A model generated the notes under the pieces. It had not been told where the DNA came from. It worked only from the letters and a program-made list of their open reading frames with translations, and made no database searches. The translations under genes were made by a program, and so were the position numbers. DNA of 51,829 bases from Podarcis gaigeae (taxonomy: Eukaryota). Shown here piece by piece: positions 1 to 11,490 of the stretch. The stretch is taken from NCBI GenBank assembly GCA_964106915.2, contig OZ066928.1; one strand, written 5' to 3'. Every line of letters starts with the position of its first letter. The stretch's first letter is position 1.

Positions 1-433
1 AGGCAGGGAAGCATCCTCCTATTTATGCCCCCTCCCACGCGCTTGTATATCAGTTATGCTAATAAATAGCGCTTGTCTTCACAGAGGTTTTATTAGTTGC
101 TATAAACTGTGCGGCTTGGGGGTTTCTTTTTATTTAGTTTTTTTGTTTTTGTTTCGAAGAAAGAGAGAGGCATCCTTGTTATCTTGTTATTGGTGACCTT
201 CCTGCTGCAGCTGATGTGACTGATGACATAATAGGTAATGGGGAGAGATGGTGCATTAATATTTAATCAGGACAGAGAGGTTTATTATGGAAACATGTAA
301 AACGCTCTCACAGCTGTCGTTTGTAATGACTGCTGGAGTCAAAAAGGTATGTGCCCACTTGTCTACAGGATTAAGTTTGGAACACTAGGGAGGATGACAA
401 AAAGTTAAAGCAACTCAGTGGACCAATTTTGTC

Positions 434-657
434 CTTCTTCTTCTTCTTTGGTGATCATTTGTAGTCAAGTAAGATTGTCTTCCATAAACATGGTTTTAAC
501 ATTGAGTCCATAAGTGACTGAGGAGGCCAATGCTGGATCCACACGTCCTTCCACAGTGGGGACATTGATTTCCAGGTGGGAGTTGATCGTGGGGAGGGTT
601 TGCCAAGTGTGCCTTCCTCTTAGCACATTCTTCCTTGCATTCTGAGTTCCTTGCTCT
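434..657 (-). mobile_element. RTE-clade LINE (non-BovB, RTE-1-like) 3' end, 5'-truncated
   Basis: Minus ORF 496-723 ends in CPHCGRTCGSSIGLLSHLWT, the RTE C-terminal C2H2-like motif, followed by a (GAA)n tail (cttcttcttc on +). Confidence 0.85.
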
Positions 658-2485
658 AATATCCCAAATGTTCCATCCACTTAAGAAGAGTAGCCACATA
701 GACCTGTTCATCCACCACTGCAACCAGCTCTGTCACCCACCTCTCACTCCTGGTCAGACAACAGTGTTAGTGGTCATATGGAGAAGGCGGAACAGCAACT
801 CCCACTGCCTGCTTGCTCACTGGATCTCTATCTGACCAGTAAGCAGGTGGCAGGAATTATAAGGAAGATGAGTAGCAGAAGCTGGTGAGCTAGAATCATG
901 GAAGGAGGAGGCCACGAAAGGCACCCGGGGGGGTGGGGTGGGGAGGAGAATGCCATCTGCAAAAGTTCTCTCATATTAAGAATCTCCTTGCAAGTACTAG
1001 TATTATCAGGAAGAAAAGGTCTAGCTCCAAGTGGGACTAGATTTCTACTTTAAGAGACAATATTGCATATACTGGGCCAAGTTCAAGATGTTACCATTGA
1101 TATATAAAATCCTTGAGAACTTGGGACCAATTTACTTGCGGCATTACTCCATATGTGCTCGCTCAGCCACTTAATGCAGACCCAGGTCACCAATCCTGAG
1201 CTTCCACAGCTGCCGTCTGCCATGAAACACCATTGGAAGAACTCTCAGCCGCAGCAGCCGCAGCAAATATGTTGTATGCTTATGATAATATTTTATTCCC
1301 TTGCTAATTATGCTGCTTTAAATGTTTGTTTTACATTTTTCTTCCTTTAGTAGCGTTTTCTCTTGAAACATTTCAAGGTTTTGTTTTTTGTTTTTTAAAC
1401 TTTGCTGTGTTAAATGTGCATCCTATACCTGACCTTCTTTGTACCGTAATGTTTTATTTCAAAATTGTAAAGATAATATTTTAGTTTCCTGTTACTTTTG
1501 TTGCTTTTGAATGTTACTTTATACTTGACCTTTTTCTGTAATGCTTTATACTGGATTGCTTTATTTTATGTTTCAATGTAGGCTGTCAACCTCTTTTGAG
1601 ATTTTCTTCTTTAAATTATAAAGTGGTATAGAAATGAATGTATAATAGTACAGTGCCAGAGGAGCACCCACCTCCAGAGAGGCAGAGCTACTCCCAGTGT
1701 CTCACAGCACCACGGCAGAGGGAAGGGTCAGAGAAAGGTTCCAACTGCTATGGGGAGGGAAGTGGGAATGGAGAGGGAGGTGGGGCTCGAGGCTTTCGTT
1801 TTGGAGATGGGTGAGGTGAGAGAGCAAGTTGAGGACCCTCACCCCACTATCAGGCTGCCCCGGTTCCAGCAGAATCCTCCACATCCCACTGGAGCCCTCT
1901 CTCAGCCCTCTATTCTGCATCATCTTGACTTGGCTATTACACACCTGTGAGATTTCTGATTGTGATGATCGATCTGTCCACCAATAGACAACATTTCCTA
2001 ACAGCAGTTCCTGATCTCTCAATAGTATGACCAAGGCTGCCTTCATGTGACAGTTTACTCCATTTATTCCAACACTTTCCTAACTGTTAGTTTCCAAATA
2101 ATTTCTGAGCCTTGATACAGCGCGAAAACCACTTCCGTAAAACTAATGGAATATAGTGCTTTGTTTGATTTTTCTTTTTAAAATCTGTTTCCAGCCCCCT
2201 TAAGTTGGAAAATCATAGGAGTAAAGTGATGAAATTTAGGGCAGTGTACCAGCTCAATGTTCTTTCCTGCCACTTTCAGGGGGGGACAGAAGTAGGCATA
2301 TGCAGAGAGGGTGGTTGACTAGCAATGTTGTCCAGTAACAGTCATTGTGCCACACCACACCCACTGGTGTAAATGAAATGTAGTGCAACATGATGGTATA
2401 TCCATCAGAAAGCCACAGTTCCATGGCACAACTGCAGTATGAAAGAAGCATTAGAAAAATGGGACAGAAGCACTAGCTTAGTAAT

Positions 2486-2750
2486 CCTTCTGGCAGTTCC
2501 CTCGCTACGAGAAGCCAAGTTACAGGGAACCAGGCAGAGGGTCTTCTCGGTAGTGGCACCCACCCTGTGGAACGCCCTCCCACCAGATGTCAAAGAGAAA
2601 AATAACTACCAAACTTTTAGAAGACATCTGAAGGCAGCCCTGTTTAGGGAAGCTTTTAATGTTTAATAGGTTATTGTATTGTAGTGTTTTGTTGGACGCC
2701 GCCCAGAGTGGCTGGGGAAACCCAGCCAAATGGGCGGGGTATAAATAATA

Positions 2751-2792
<42 letters not shown>
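2486..2792 (+). mobile_element. L2 LINE 3' end with (ATT)n tail
   Basis: Encodes QRVFSVVAPTLWNALP...FRRHLKAALFREAF, the L2 ORF2 C-terminus. It is followed by the 3' UTR gccgcccagagtggctgggg and (ATT)n at about 2750-2791. Confidence 0.92.
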
Positions 2793-2978
2793 CCGGCAAG
2801 CAATATTTCCTACATCTGAATATACCCCACAATATAGAACACAGGGCAGGGCTATGTAAATGAAGTGCTGGGACTATGCAGATTCGGTCTGTATTGGTTC
2901 TCACATAAGTTTTGTGAGAGTTGGCAAATTAGCAGGAGCTCCTGAAGTGTACAGGTCCTACGTCTACATTTACCCATC

Positions 2979-3109
2979 CATGGGTGCAGGAACCATGGGT
3001 TCCACTATATTTTTTTTAGGGGGCCAGGCCTCCCTCCTGCATGGCGTCAGGACGTTGTGCGGCATTGCCCGCGAGCCCCCTCAATCCTCCAGAGAAGGTG
3101 GCACCTCTG
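2979..3109. mobile_element. hAT-type MITE (CATGGGTGC...GCACCTCTG termini)
   Basis: Imperfect TIRs; 8-bp TSD tacccatc / tgcccatc (1 mismatch). Termini resemble those of 46865-47056. Confidence 0.7.
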
Positions 3110-3164
3110 TGCCCATCATGCCAGCTACAAGCATTTTGCTGGTTTCACACTATGCAGATATGTT

Positions 3165-3651
3165 AGGGGCAGAGGAGTGTGCTGTGCGCCAGGTTAGACT
3201 CTTTGTCCATCTAGTGCATCATTGTCTACTCTGACAGGCAGCAGTTTTCTAGGATTTCAAATGGAAGGGATCATTCCCATCAGCTGCTACCCGATCCTTT
3301 TAAGTAGAGAGGCCAGTGTAGTGGTGACTATGCCTATTGGGGCCGGTGGTGCAGAAAGCAGGGAGGCCAATGGCAGGTGGAGTCAGAGCCAATGACAAGC
3401 ACAGCCAGAGCCAATGAGAAGCAGAACCAACTAATCCTAAATTTTGTCCTCATCCTCCTCTCTGCTGAGCTCTGCAAGGGCATTGCAAGAAGGAGGTAGC
3501 TGATAGGTAGTGCTACCCCCTAGACTGGATATAGCCAGGTGGCTGAGGTTGGTGGGGCAGTGCCCCATTTGCTCTGGTTGACCAGCCTTTGCTGAGCAGG
3601 CACTGAATATAGGATCTTCTGCATGCAAAGCAGATGCTTTTATTACTGAGT
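3165..3651 (-). mobile_element. tRNA(Ala)-derived SINE with CR1-type tail, split by MITE 3319-3594
   Basis: Tail half at 3165-3318 (gtccatctagtgcatcattgtctactctgac) and tRNA-head half at 3595-3651 (ttctgcatgcaaagcagatgc) match the other copies in the window. Confidence 0.7.
3319..3594 (+). mobile_element. Non-autonomous DNA transposon (probable hAT MITE) with repeated GAGCCAATG motifs
   Basis: Degenerate tagtggtga...ccagcctttgctg termini. Related copies at about 14810-15030 (-), 19469-19685 (+) and 36155-36345 (+). Confidence 0.6.
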
Positions 3652-4009
3652 GGGACGTGGGTGGCGCTGTGGGTTAAACCACAGAGCCTAGGACTTGCTG
3701 ATCAGAAGGTCGGCGGTTCAAATCTCCACGACGGGGTGAGCTCCCGTTGCTCAGTCCCTGCTCCTGCCAACCTAGCAGTTCGAAAGCACCTCAAAGTGCA
3801 AGTAGATAAATAGGTACCGCTCCGGCGGGAAGGTAAACGGCGTTTCTGTGCACTGCTCTGGTTTGCCAGAAGTGGCTCAGTCATGCTGGCCACATGACCC
3901 AGAAGCTGTATGCCGGCTCCCTTGGCCAGTAAAGCGAGATGAGCACCGCAACCCCAGAGTCGGTCACAACTGGACCTAATGGTCAGGGGTCCCTTTACCT
4001 TTACCTTTA
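3652..4009 (+). mobile_element. Sauria SINE (Squam1/POM-type), full length
   Basis: GGGACGTGGGTGGCGCTGTGGG head with A and B boxes, the characteristic body (aagtgcaagtagataaataggtacc) and an (ACCTTT)n tail. Confidence 0.95.
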
Positions 4010-4010
4010 T

Positions 4011-4165
4011 GGTTACAAGTGGCGCCATGGGTCTGTGTCCAGCTGTTAACCAGAAGGTTGGTGGTTTGAGCCCACCCACGGATGGCTGTGGGTAGGATTT
4101 CTCCAGTGCAGTGGCTTCAACTAGATGACCCTTGGGGTCCCTTGCAACTCTACAAGTCTATGAAA
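4011..4165 (+). mobile_element. Short tRNA-head SINE with CR1 3' tail
   Basis: Head ttaaccagaaggttggtggtttgagcccaccc and tail ctagatgacccttggggtcccttgcaactcta...ctatga. Related copies at 23048, 35679 and 42031. Confidence 0.75.
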
Positions 4166-6469
4166 TGTTCCATATAATAAATAAAACAGCTTTACTCTTC
4201 CAAGCTCTTTCCCTGCATCTCCAGGATGTGGTACAGAATGTGAAAAGGAAAAAGACAAAAAAAAGTTATGAAATCCCCCCCACTCCATGTCCACTATTGG
4301 AAAGGGTTTGTTTTGTGGAGGGGGTGTGGCTTACTCTGATTTGAGTACATGGCTTCTCTAGCTTCTCCTTTCACCATGCTTAGTCTCTCTTTCTCCTTTC
4401 ACTCCCACCCCTTTGGTTTTTAAAAAGAGGCTTGATGACAAACTATGAGGGATGCTGTTGCAATGGGTTTCCTGCATCAGGGGCCAGACTATTTGATATT
4501 TGGACATACCTCTCAACTCCAGGCTATTCCAAGGATTGCCATTCTTTCTGGGCCACTGGTCACTCTTGGAGTTATGTGCAAGTACAGTGAGCATCCGTCA
4601 CAAAATATCTGCCATCGTGTTATGGCATAACACAAAAGAGCTGCCACACCTAAACAAAGGAGCATGGGAAAAGATAGGAACAGAACATGGCATAGCCATG
4701 CCCCTCCACATCAGTACCCACAATCCACAGAAAGCACAGGCATTTACATTACACTTATGCCATGTATCTTTGCACCTCTCCTCTGTTCAGACTAGATAGG
4801 CTATGCCTCCAGTGCTGACATTCAATGAAACGTGAGCATGCAGCAGGGCGTATGCTCAGTGTAGGAGAAGCCAAGCCACTACAAGCAGGAACTGAGCAGG
4901 AACAACAACCAATATCTTGTGCACTGTGAAGTTTTAAAGGGATATTTATAGAGGCATTTGATTGCCTGTGACCCCAGATTCATGACTCCTGATCTGTTCC
5001 CTGACCCCAGCTCCATAGCCATCATATCACTTTTCTAAAAGCTCCCCCCCCCACTTGGTTCTTCCTTGCAGTCCATGCTTACGGTCCCAATGTAGCCTCC
5101 CCTTATCTTGCCCCTGAAAGTTCACTCAGGGTTGACTCTGGGGACATGCCAAAAATCATGTCACTCTTGGTTGTGCCTCTGCTGGTTGCAGCTCTCCTTT
5201 CTGAAGTCTAAGCTCCCAGGGGTGAGTGAATCCTCTTACGCTCCAGTAATGCTGAGTATACAAAATCATTTAGTTTACTACCATTTGCATTTTGCTCATC
5301 AAAAACGAAGTAGCATCCCCCCACACTCCCACCAAAAATAATAATTAAAAAACGCATTATACAAAATAAGTTGGCAGAGATGAGACATCAGTACATCTGA
5401 TTCCAGAATGGTTCTTCTGCCCTCTGGAAACCTAGTCAGGTATATTTATGCATGCATGACAAGGGTTAATCAGTTTCCCACAGTTTGGTTATTAAAAAGG
5501 GTTCTCCCTGACCACTAGCCATCTGCTAGGGTGCAGAATTCTTTCCTTCAGGGAAGTGTGCCTTAACAAATTTTTGACATCACTGTCGCATCGGCTCAGC
5601 GTTTTCCTGTCATCTCTCGGTTCCGATTAACTTTTTCTGAATTGACAGCTGCCATCAAAATTGCTGAGGTGGCAATCTGGAGTGTGTGCTCAATGGAGCA
5701 AGGTTAAATCTTTTCCCCTCTTGTTTGCCACATGGCAGAAAAGCAGGGGCAGAGAGAGTGGCAGGCTGAGCTTTTGCCAAACCATGCCCCACAAGGAAAA
5801 CTGATGTATACTCCTTTGGGTGTTAGTATTTACAAATTAAGTAGCATTTCCCTCCAATGTGTTCTTTTTAAAAACTACATGAAATGCTTCACTGCTTTCT
5901 AAAACTTAAGTCTTAGTTTATTGGCAGAAGTGGACGAAGACTGTACGTACGCTGTGCTAAAAACTAATAATAATTGGTCAAAATTCTGCATCAGTGTTGG
6001 CCATCTTTTGTAACTATGTAAATGTGCATGTTGTTTCCTGTCTTGTATAACCTATTATGTGTGTTTTTATTTAAAGGAAAACTATTTTGCACAATTTATT
6101 TCACTTTTAGTAGTCATAGAGAGGTTCAAAAGTCTGTCTGCCTCCCCACAGTGATGTATAAACCCACTGAGGTGCTGACATCTGAGATTTGTTTGGTATT
6201 ATTTGGTATTGCCCACTCCAATCATAAAGACTAGATTTATTAAAGGCGTAATTTTTTAGAAAGGAAAGCAGCAGCAGCAAGCTGAGATATTTAGGAAACT
6301 GGTTTCTGCAACCAATACCTGCAGAATTCTGCAGTGTTCCATGCTTCAGGAGGACCATGTTATACACACAGTCCGGGGTCCTCTCTGTGTAGAAAGGACT
6401 GAGAATGAAATTCCAGTCCCTTTAGAAATCCACTGAACATGGCTCAATGGACTAGCTCCTCCATTGCAT

Positions 6470-6540
6470 TGTTGTAACCCACCCTGAGACCTGCTGGAGA
6501 ATAATAGGTAATTGATTAATTAATTAATTAATTAATTACT
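6470..6540 (+). repeat. Probable L2-type 3' tail ending in (TAAT)n
   Basis: tgttgtaacccaccctgagacc followed by a TAAT tetranucleotide run at about 6515-6538. Confidence 0.5.
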
Positions 6541-6654
6541 AACAAGAAATAAATTGTGGTTTTGCTTTGAATACAGTGTGGACATCTCTGAACTTTCCTG
6601 GGGAGAAGAAATCAGTTTCTAGCAAAACTGTAAAATATAAAAGAACTATCTGTC

Positions 6655-6746
6655 TTGCAGGGGATTGGATGAAATGACCCCCAGGGCTCCTTCCAGCTCT
6701 ACAATTCTATGAAAGCTGGCACCTAGTCTGAAACTAGGATCTGTAG
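6655..6746 (+). repeat. CR1-type 3' tail plus flank; left arm of an inverted duplication
   Basis: ggattggatgaaatgaccc...ccttccagctctacaattctatga, then aagctggcacctagtctgaaactag. The reverse complement recurs at 7564-7640. Confidence 0.8.
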
Positions 6747-7080
6747 GGTGGATGAAAGGGGGGAAAACATACAGGATGACAGCAGGCAGGTATTTGGGCA
6801 TGAACATATGAACTGGATGGGTGGAGAGATATAGGCAGTCACTACAGGAGACCTGCAGGAAGGCTGGCAAGCAGCCTTTGGCTCAAAGCCAAAGCCATGG
6901 GTTTTTCTGTGCTGTGGCAGAGCTCGAGTAGGGAAGGAAAGTGTTTTCTGCTCAAGGCAACCTTATGGGGGCACTGCATGCTAGTTGTGGACAGGGCAGG
7001 GGCAAAAGTGTGTTAAGTAACAGATGTGGCAATTGCACCTACTTTAGTTCTGTAGGCTGAATTACAATTAAGCAAAAGCC

Positions 7081-7235
7081 ATAGGGAAGCAGGAACCTGA
7101 TTTGAACCATTGGTCCACCTTGCTCAGCATTGTCTGCACTGACTTAAAGTGGCTCTCCAGAGATTCAGGCAAGAGTGTCCCCCAGCCTTGCCTGGAGATG
7201 CTGAGGATTGAACCTGGAGTCTTCCGCATGCTTGT
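7081..7235 (-). mobile_element. tRNA(Ala)-derived SINE with CR1-type tail
   Basis: cattggtccaccttgctcagcattgtctgcactgac...ctggagatgctgaggattgaacctgg, the reverse complement of the B-box region. Confidence 0.8.
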
Positions 7236-7563
7236 GCATAAATTCCCCCCACCCACTCCTTGCATGTACAGCATATAGGTGCATACCCAACCTCCATTCA
7301 GGCAAGCAAGAGGAAGCATCACATATCAATGAGGCATTCCAGTCATGCAAAATCACTTGAGGAGGGTGTGCAGCAGGGAAAATAAGGGGCGTGGCTTGGG
7401 GAAAGAGGGTGTGGATTGTGAAGAGCCTTGAGGACTCACTAGAGAGGGATGGAGGGCTACATTCAACCCCTAGGTCTGATCTCCCTTAAGAGTTTCAATA
7501 GCAGGATGTGGATCCTGAGTGGTCCTCCACTGTCACTTCCAGGCTCAAGCTGAAGCTCTGCTT

Positions 7564-7640
7564 CTACAGATGCTAGTTTCAGACTAGGTGCCAGCTTTCA
7601 TAGAACCATAGAATTGTAGAGTTGGAAGGAACCCCTAGGG
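7564..7640 (-). repeat. CR1-type 3' tail plus flank; right arm of an inverted duplication
   Basis: Reverse complement of 6679-6746, with one extra 8-nt tail unit. Confidence 0.8.
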
Positions 7641-8435
7641 TGAGTAGAACTCTTAACTGGGCAGTAGTTCTAGCAGTATGGTGAATGATATACCTGGCTG
7701 TCCAGGCTTAATGTATTTGAGATACTTTTCAGTCATTTCCATCATACTTGATTCATTCCTGTTGATTCTCTACCTCGCCACCACACAAATGATTTATGGT
7801 ACTGGCAATAGTAGGGGAATGGTTTGGCTTGAGTTTTCCCTCAGGTATCATGCTTTACAAGGGCTTTTCCCACATGAGGCATGAGGCTTGCCTAAACTTC
7901 AGTGTTAACAATACGGCAGAAGCAGAATGCAAAGGCGAAACAGTCTTCAAATTGGCATACTTTCGCAATGGCATTTTTGACACATGGCCTCCATTATTAG
8001 AAGCCATTTTCTTCCTGTAGTTTGTGCATTTTTGGAAAGCACTTAGCCCAAAGGTGAAAAATGCTCCATTATGCAGTTTTGGGAAACTATCAAGGAATCC
8101 TAAAATGAAATAAAGCACATTTAAAAGTATCCCCTCTCCCAGGTTCCTGACCTAGTTTGTTAGATACACTGTTTCCTACAAAATTTACTAGATAACAGCT
8201 GAATTCACATCATTATAGTTAAAAGCTGTATCAGCATATCCTTTATAAAGTATCCCTTTCTCTCAACCTTCCCCAGACAGGTCTCAAGTTATTTCCCCCT
8301 ATAATGATCCTCTGACATTCCCTACGCCTTTGTGAACAGTGACCTGTTTATTGCTGCTTAGAGACACTAAGATTACTTCTTTTTTGGGGGGACCAATTCT
8401 CAGTTCTGATCTGGTTCTTTTTATCACATATAGGG

Positions 8436-8641
8436 CAGAGCTTTCCAAACTGTGTGTCGTGACATGTTAGTGTGTCGGCTGCAGTGTGTAGGTGTGTCGC
8501 GCAAATGCTTCCTGCGCTCCTCCTGGGACTGAAAAGGGGTTAGTTTGATCTCCAGTTTGCTAGTAAAACTGAATTACTGTGTTGTGAAATGATGCATGCC
8601 CAAAAAGTGTGTCACCAACATAAGAAGTTTGAAAAGCTCTG
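8436..8641. mobile_element. hAT-Charlie-type MITE (206 bp)
   Basis: TIRs cagagctttccaaact / agtttgaaaagctctg; 8-bp TSD atataggg / acataggg. Confidence 0.9.
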
Positions 8642-9329
8642 ACATAGGGAATGAAAAGTCAAAAGTGAAATATTTCCATTTTTAGTGATTTTGCGGATGT
8701 TTGAGAAAGGGTGCTTGACAAAGCCAACCCTGCTATTAGGCAAGGTGAGAAAGCTACATAAGGCAGCAGATATGGAGGGATGCTAGACATAGCTTCATGT
8801 GCCAAATGGTTGCCTTGTGCCTTCTAAGCTAGCCCGCTTAGGACATAGTGTGGAATGGTAGCACTTGGCTGACCTCCCCACAGCTGAGTTGCTTCTGTTT
8901 CCTGAGAGGGAAATGGGGAGGGGCAAAGTGGTGGGGAAGTCAGCATGGTGCAAATACCAATCCAGTGCTCTTGCCACTGTGTTTGCAGTGCACCATCCTC
9001 CCTACTGCCTTGCCTTCCCCTTCTCCTTCTTGGAAAGCAGCACGGACTCATCCGTTAGGAAGTCAGGTGAGCCCCACCAGCCCCGCTTGCTGTCTACTAG
9101 CAGGTGAAATGGAGGGTGCCGCCAATGCTGAAGTAAGGATTAAATGCCAATCTAGTTCGTGTTTGCACATGGGATGAAGGGGGAGGTTGTCAGAGTGAAA
9201 GATGACTCTGTTGCAAGCATTGATGTCTTCGGCATTGTCCACTAAGTAGGTAGTCATGGCGATGTTGCTCATTATTTCGTGTGAATAATTATGGTTTGCT
9301 GTTGACTTTCCTAATAGCCCTGAGTAACG

Positions 9330-9360
9330 CATTGATTTATTTGATTGATTAAATCAATGG
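9330..9360. promoter_or_regulatory. Candidate enhancer core: clustered PBX-HOX sites
   Basis: TGATTTAT (9333-9340), TGATTGAT (9342-9349) and minus-strand TGATTTAA (9349-9356) within 30 bp of repeat-free sequence. Confidence 0.5.
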
Positions 9361-10522
9361 CTAAGAAAGCTTGGGTTATAGTATTTTGGACTCCTCTGTG
9401 TGCTTCTGAAATTAATTGAGCTGAAGCCTGTGGCTGGACTGCAGGAGGCAATTTACTGACCCACTCACTGTAGTCTTTGTGTGTGCCTCTGATTGTTCTT
9501 GCTTTTTCAGATATAGTCTTCTGTGAGCTTGTGGAAAATGCATTCTGTCCATTTGCTCCAGTATAACTCTATCCCCATCACCATGAGCACTGTCAGTGGG
9601 ACATCCAGGAAGCTTGAGCCCCACAACGTTTTGCTGCCCCCCGCCCCTGGTTGTGATTGGGCATTGTGAGAGCAGGAGGCTGGGATAGATGGCATAACCA
9701 AGCAAGGCTCTTTTTAGGTTCTTAACATTAGCTATCTTTTTACCTTCAGTATTCAAGATGTTTTCTTATTGTAGTCTGATTATTGTGCCGTGGCTGGTGG
9801 TGCTTGTTTCTTGCCAAGCCAGACAAAGTGTTCTCTTGCCAGCTTCTTTTTCTGTCCAATGTGTGCTTGCTATTGAATGTACAGATGTTTTTAAATCACA
9901 TTTCAGCATGTTGTCTAATTTTTATGGCACGTCATTACAGTAACTATCCTGATGAAAATGAAAGAGGAAATTGGTTTGGCTTCAAAAATCAATGAGCCAT
10001 TAAATAGGGGACAGTAGTTGGAATAGGAATTTAGGATATTTAATTAGCTTGGCAGTGCAGTTGCCTATTCCCTGTTTCCTTCAAAATATCAAGCATGTGT
10101 ACTGATATTTTTGTGGGATTTGGACATAACACCTTCATTTTTATTTTTATAAGGGGTCATCCATCACTGGAGCATAGGAAGATATAAAGATGCCATGCTC
10201 TGAGGCCCTAACCACACTTCCATTTCTCTCACATCTACCCCCCTCCCACTTGAAGATCAGTAGTGCCATAGGTTTTGTCCAGGAATCCTGTTCTTCATGC
10301 CACACTGCAATGTTTTAAGGAGGCATCCCTGAAAACATTTGATATTCCATCCACTGCTGTTCCACTGTTCCTCTTTCTCTGCCCCCTTGTGGTTCAGCTT
10401 AGCTGCACATGCCCTCCTTTTCTGTTGTTCTTTTCCTGGGGATCCTTGCAGTTCACTGTGTTCCTGAACACAAGCACTTAATATCATGTTGTCACTTCTC
10501 CGGAAACCCCAAGAGGTCCAAC

Positions 10523-10869
10523 AAGGTAAAGGTAAAGGGACCCCTGACCATTAGGTCTAGTTGTGACTGACTCTGGGGTTGTGGCGCTCATCTCGCTTTA
10601 TTGGCCGAGGGAGCCGACATACAGCTTCCGGGTCATGTGGCCAGCATGACTAAGCCGCTTCTGGCGAACCAGAGCAGCGCACAGAAACCTTCCCGCCAGA
10701 GCGGTACTTATTTATCTACTTGCACTTTGACGTGTTTTCGAACTGCTAGGTGGGCAAGAGCAGGGACCAAGCAATGGGAGCTCACCCCATCATGGGGATT
10801 TGAACTGCTGACCTTCTGATCGGCAAGTCCTAGGCTCTGTTGTTTAACCCACAGTGCCACCCATGTCCC
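10523..10869 (-). mobile_element. Sauria SINE (Squam1/POM-type)
   Basis: Reverse complement of the 3652-4009 copy with a short internal deletion; aaggtaaaggtaaaggg tail. Confidence 0.95.
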
Positions 10870-11334
10870 TTATAGCCAAGGGACGAGGGTGCAATTTGGA
10901 CAGTGTACATTCATCCGAAGTCATTCCTAACTTTTGCGTTGTGGTCACACATCTGACACACATTGGGCACTGGAAAGGAAAAGTGCTTTCGCTCACATAT
11001 ATGTGGTTGAACACAATGCCTATATGACTGCTAAAGGGGGACACATTAAAAAATAGTGTGGGGCAGAGGACTGGGAGTGCACAGCAACGTGCTCTGGAGA
11101 CAACTGGCAAATTTTACTCATGGTGTGGGCAGAAAGAGCCCAGGAAAGGATCAGATCAGAAGGGGAACAAATTTCTATTTGGGTTTTAAGGGGTTTTTCA
11201 TTTGTTCTGATACAGCAGTAAAAAGCGTGTGTTTTTTGGTTTTTTTAATGTTTCTTTGTTGGGATATAAATGAAAAGCTTTTGGGCTGGTGTTGCTGATC
11301 CAGTGCAAATTCCAAGAAAGCACAGTACAACTGG

Positions 11335-11490
11335 AAGTGTGTGTCAGACTACTGTTCCAACTAGACTCACTGGCAATTCCTCTATTGGGTTTCAGACAAA
11401 GGATAGTCCCAGTTCTACCTGGAGATTGAACCTGGGAACCTCCGCATGTGGATCAGATGCTTTGCCAATGAGCAAAGGGAATGGTCCCCT
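11335..11490 (-). mobile_element. Degenerate tRNA(Ala)-derived SINE
   Basis: gggtttcagaca...ctacctggagattgaacctgggaacc...cagatgct matches the family. Confidence 0.65.

Noticed and set aside
927-946. G-run cluster (potential G-quadruplex)
   Set aside because: Common low-complexity motif with no supporting context.
9944-9995. CTGATGA...GAAA hammerhead-like core (also checked near 220, 18330, 38683 and 40646)
   Set aside because: Stems I, II and III cannot be formed.
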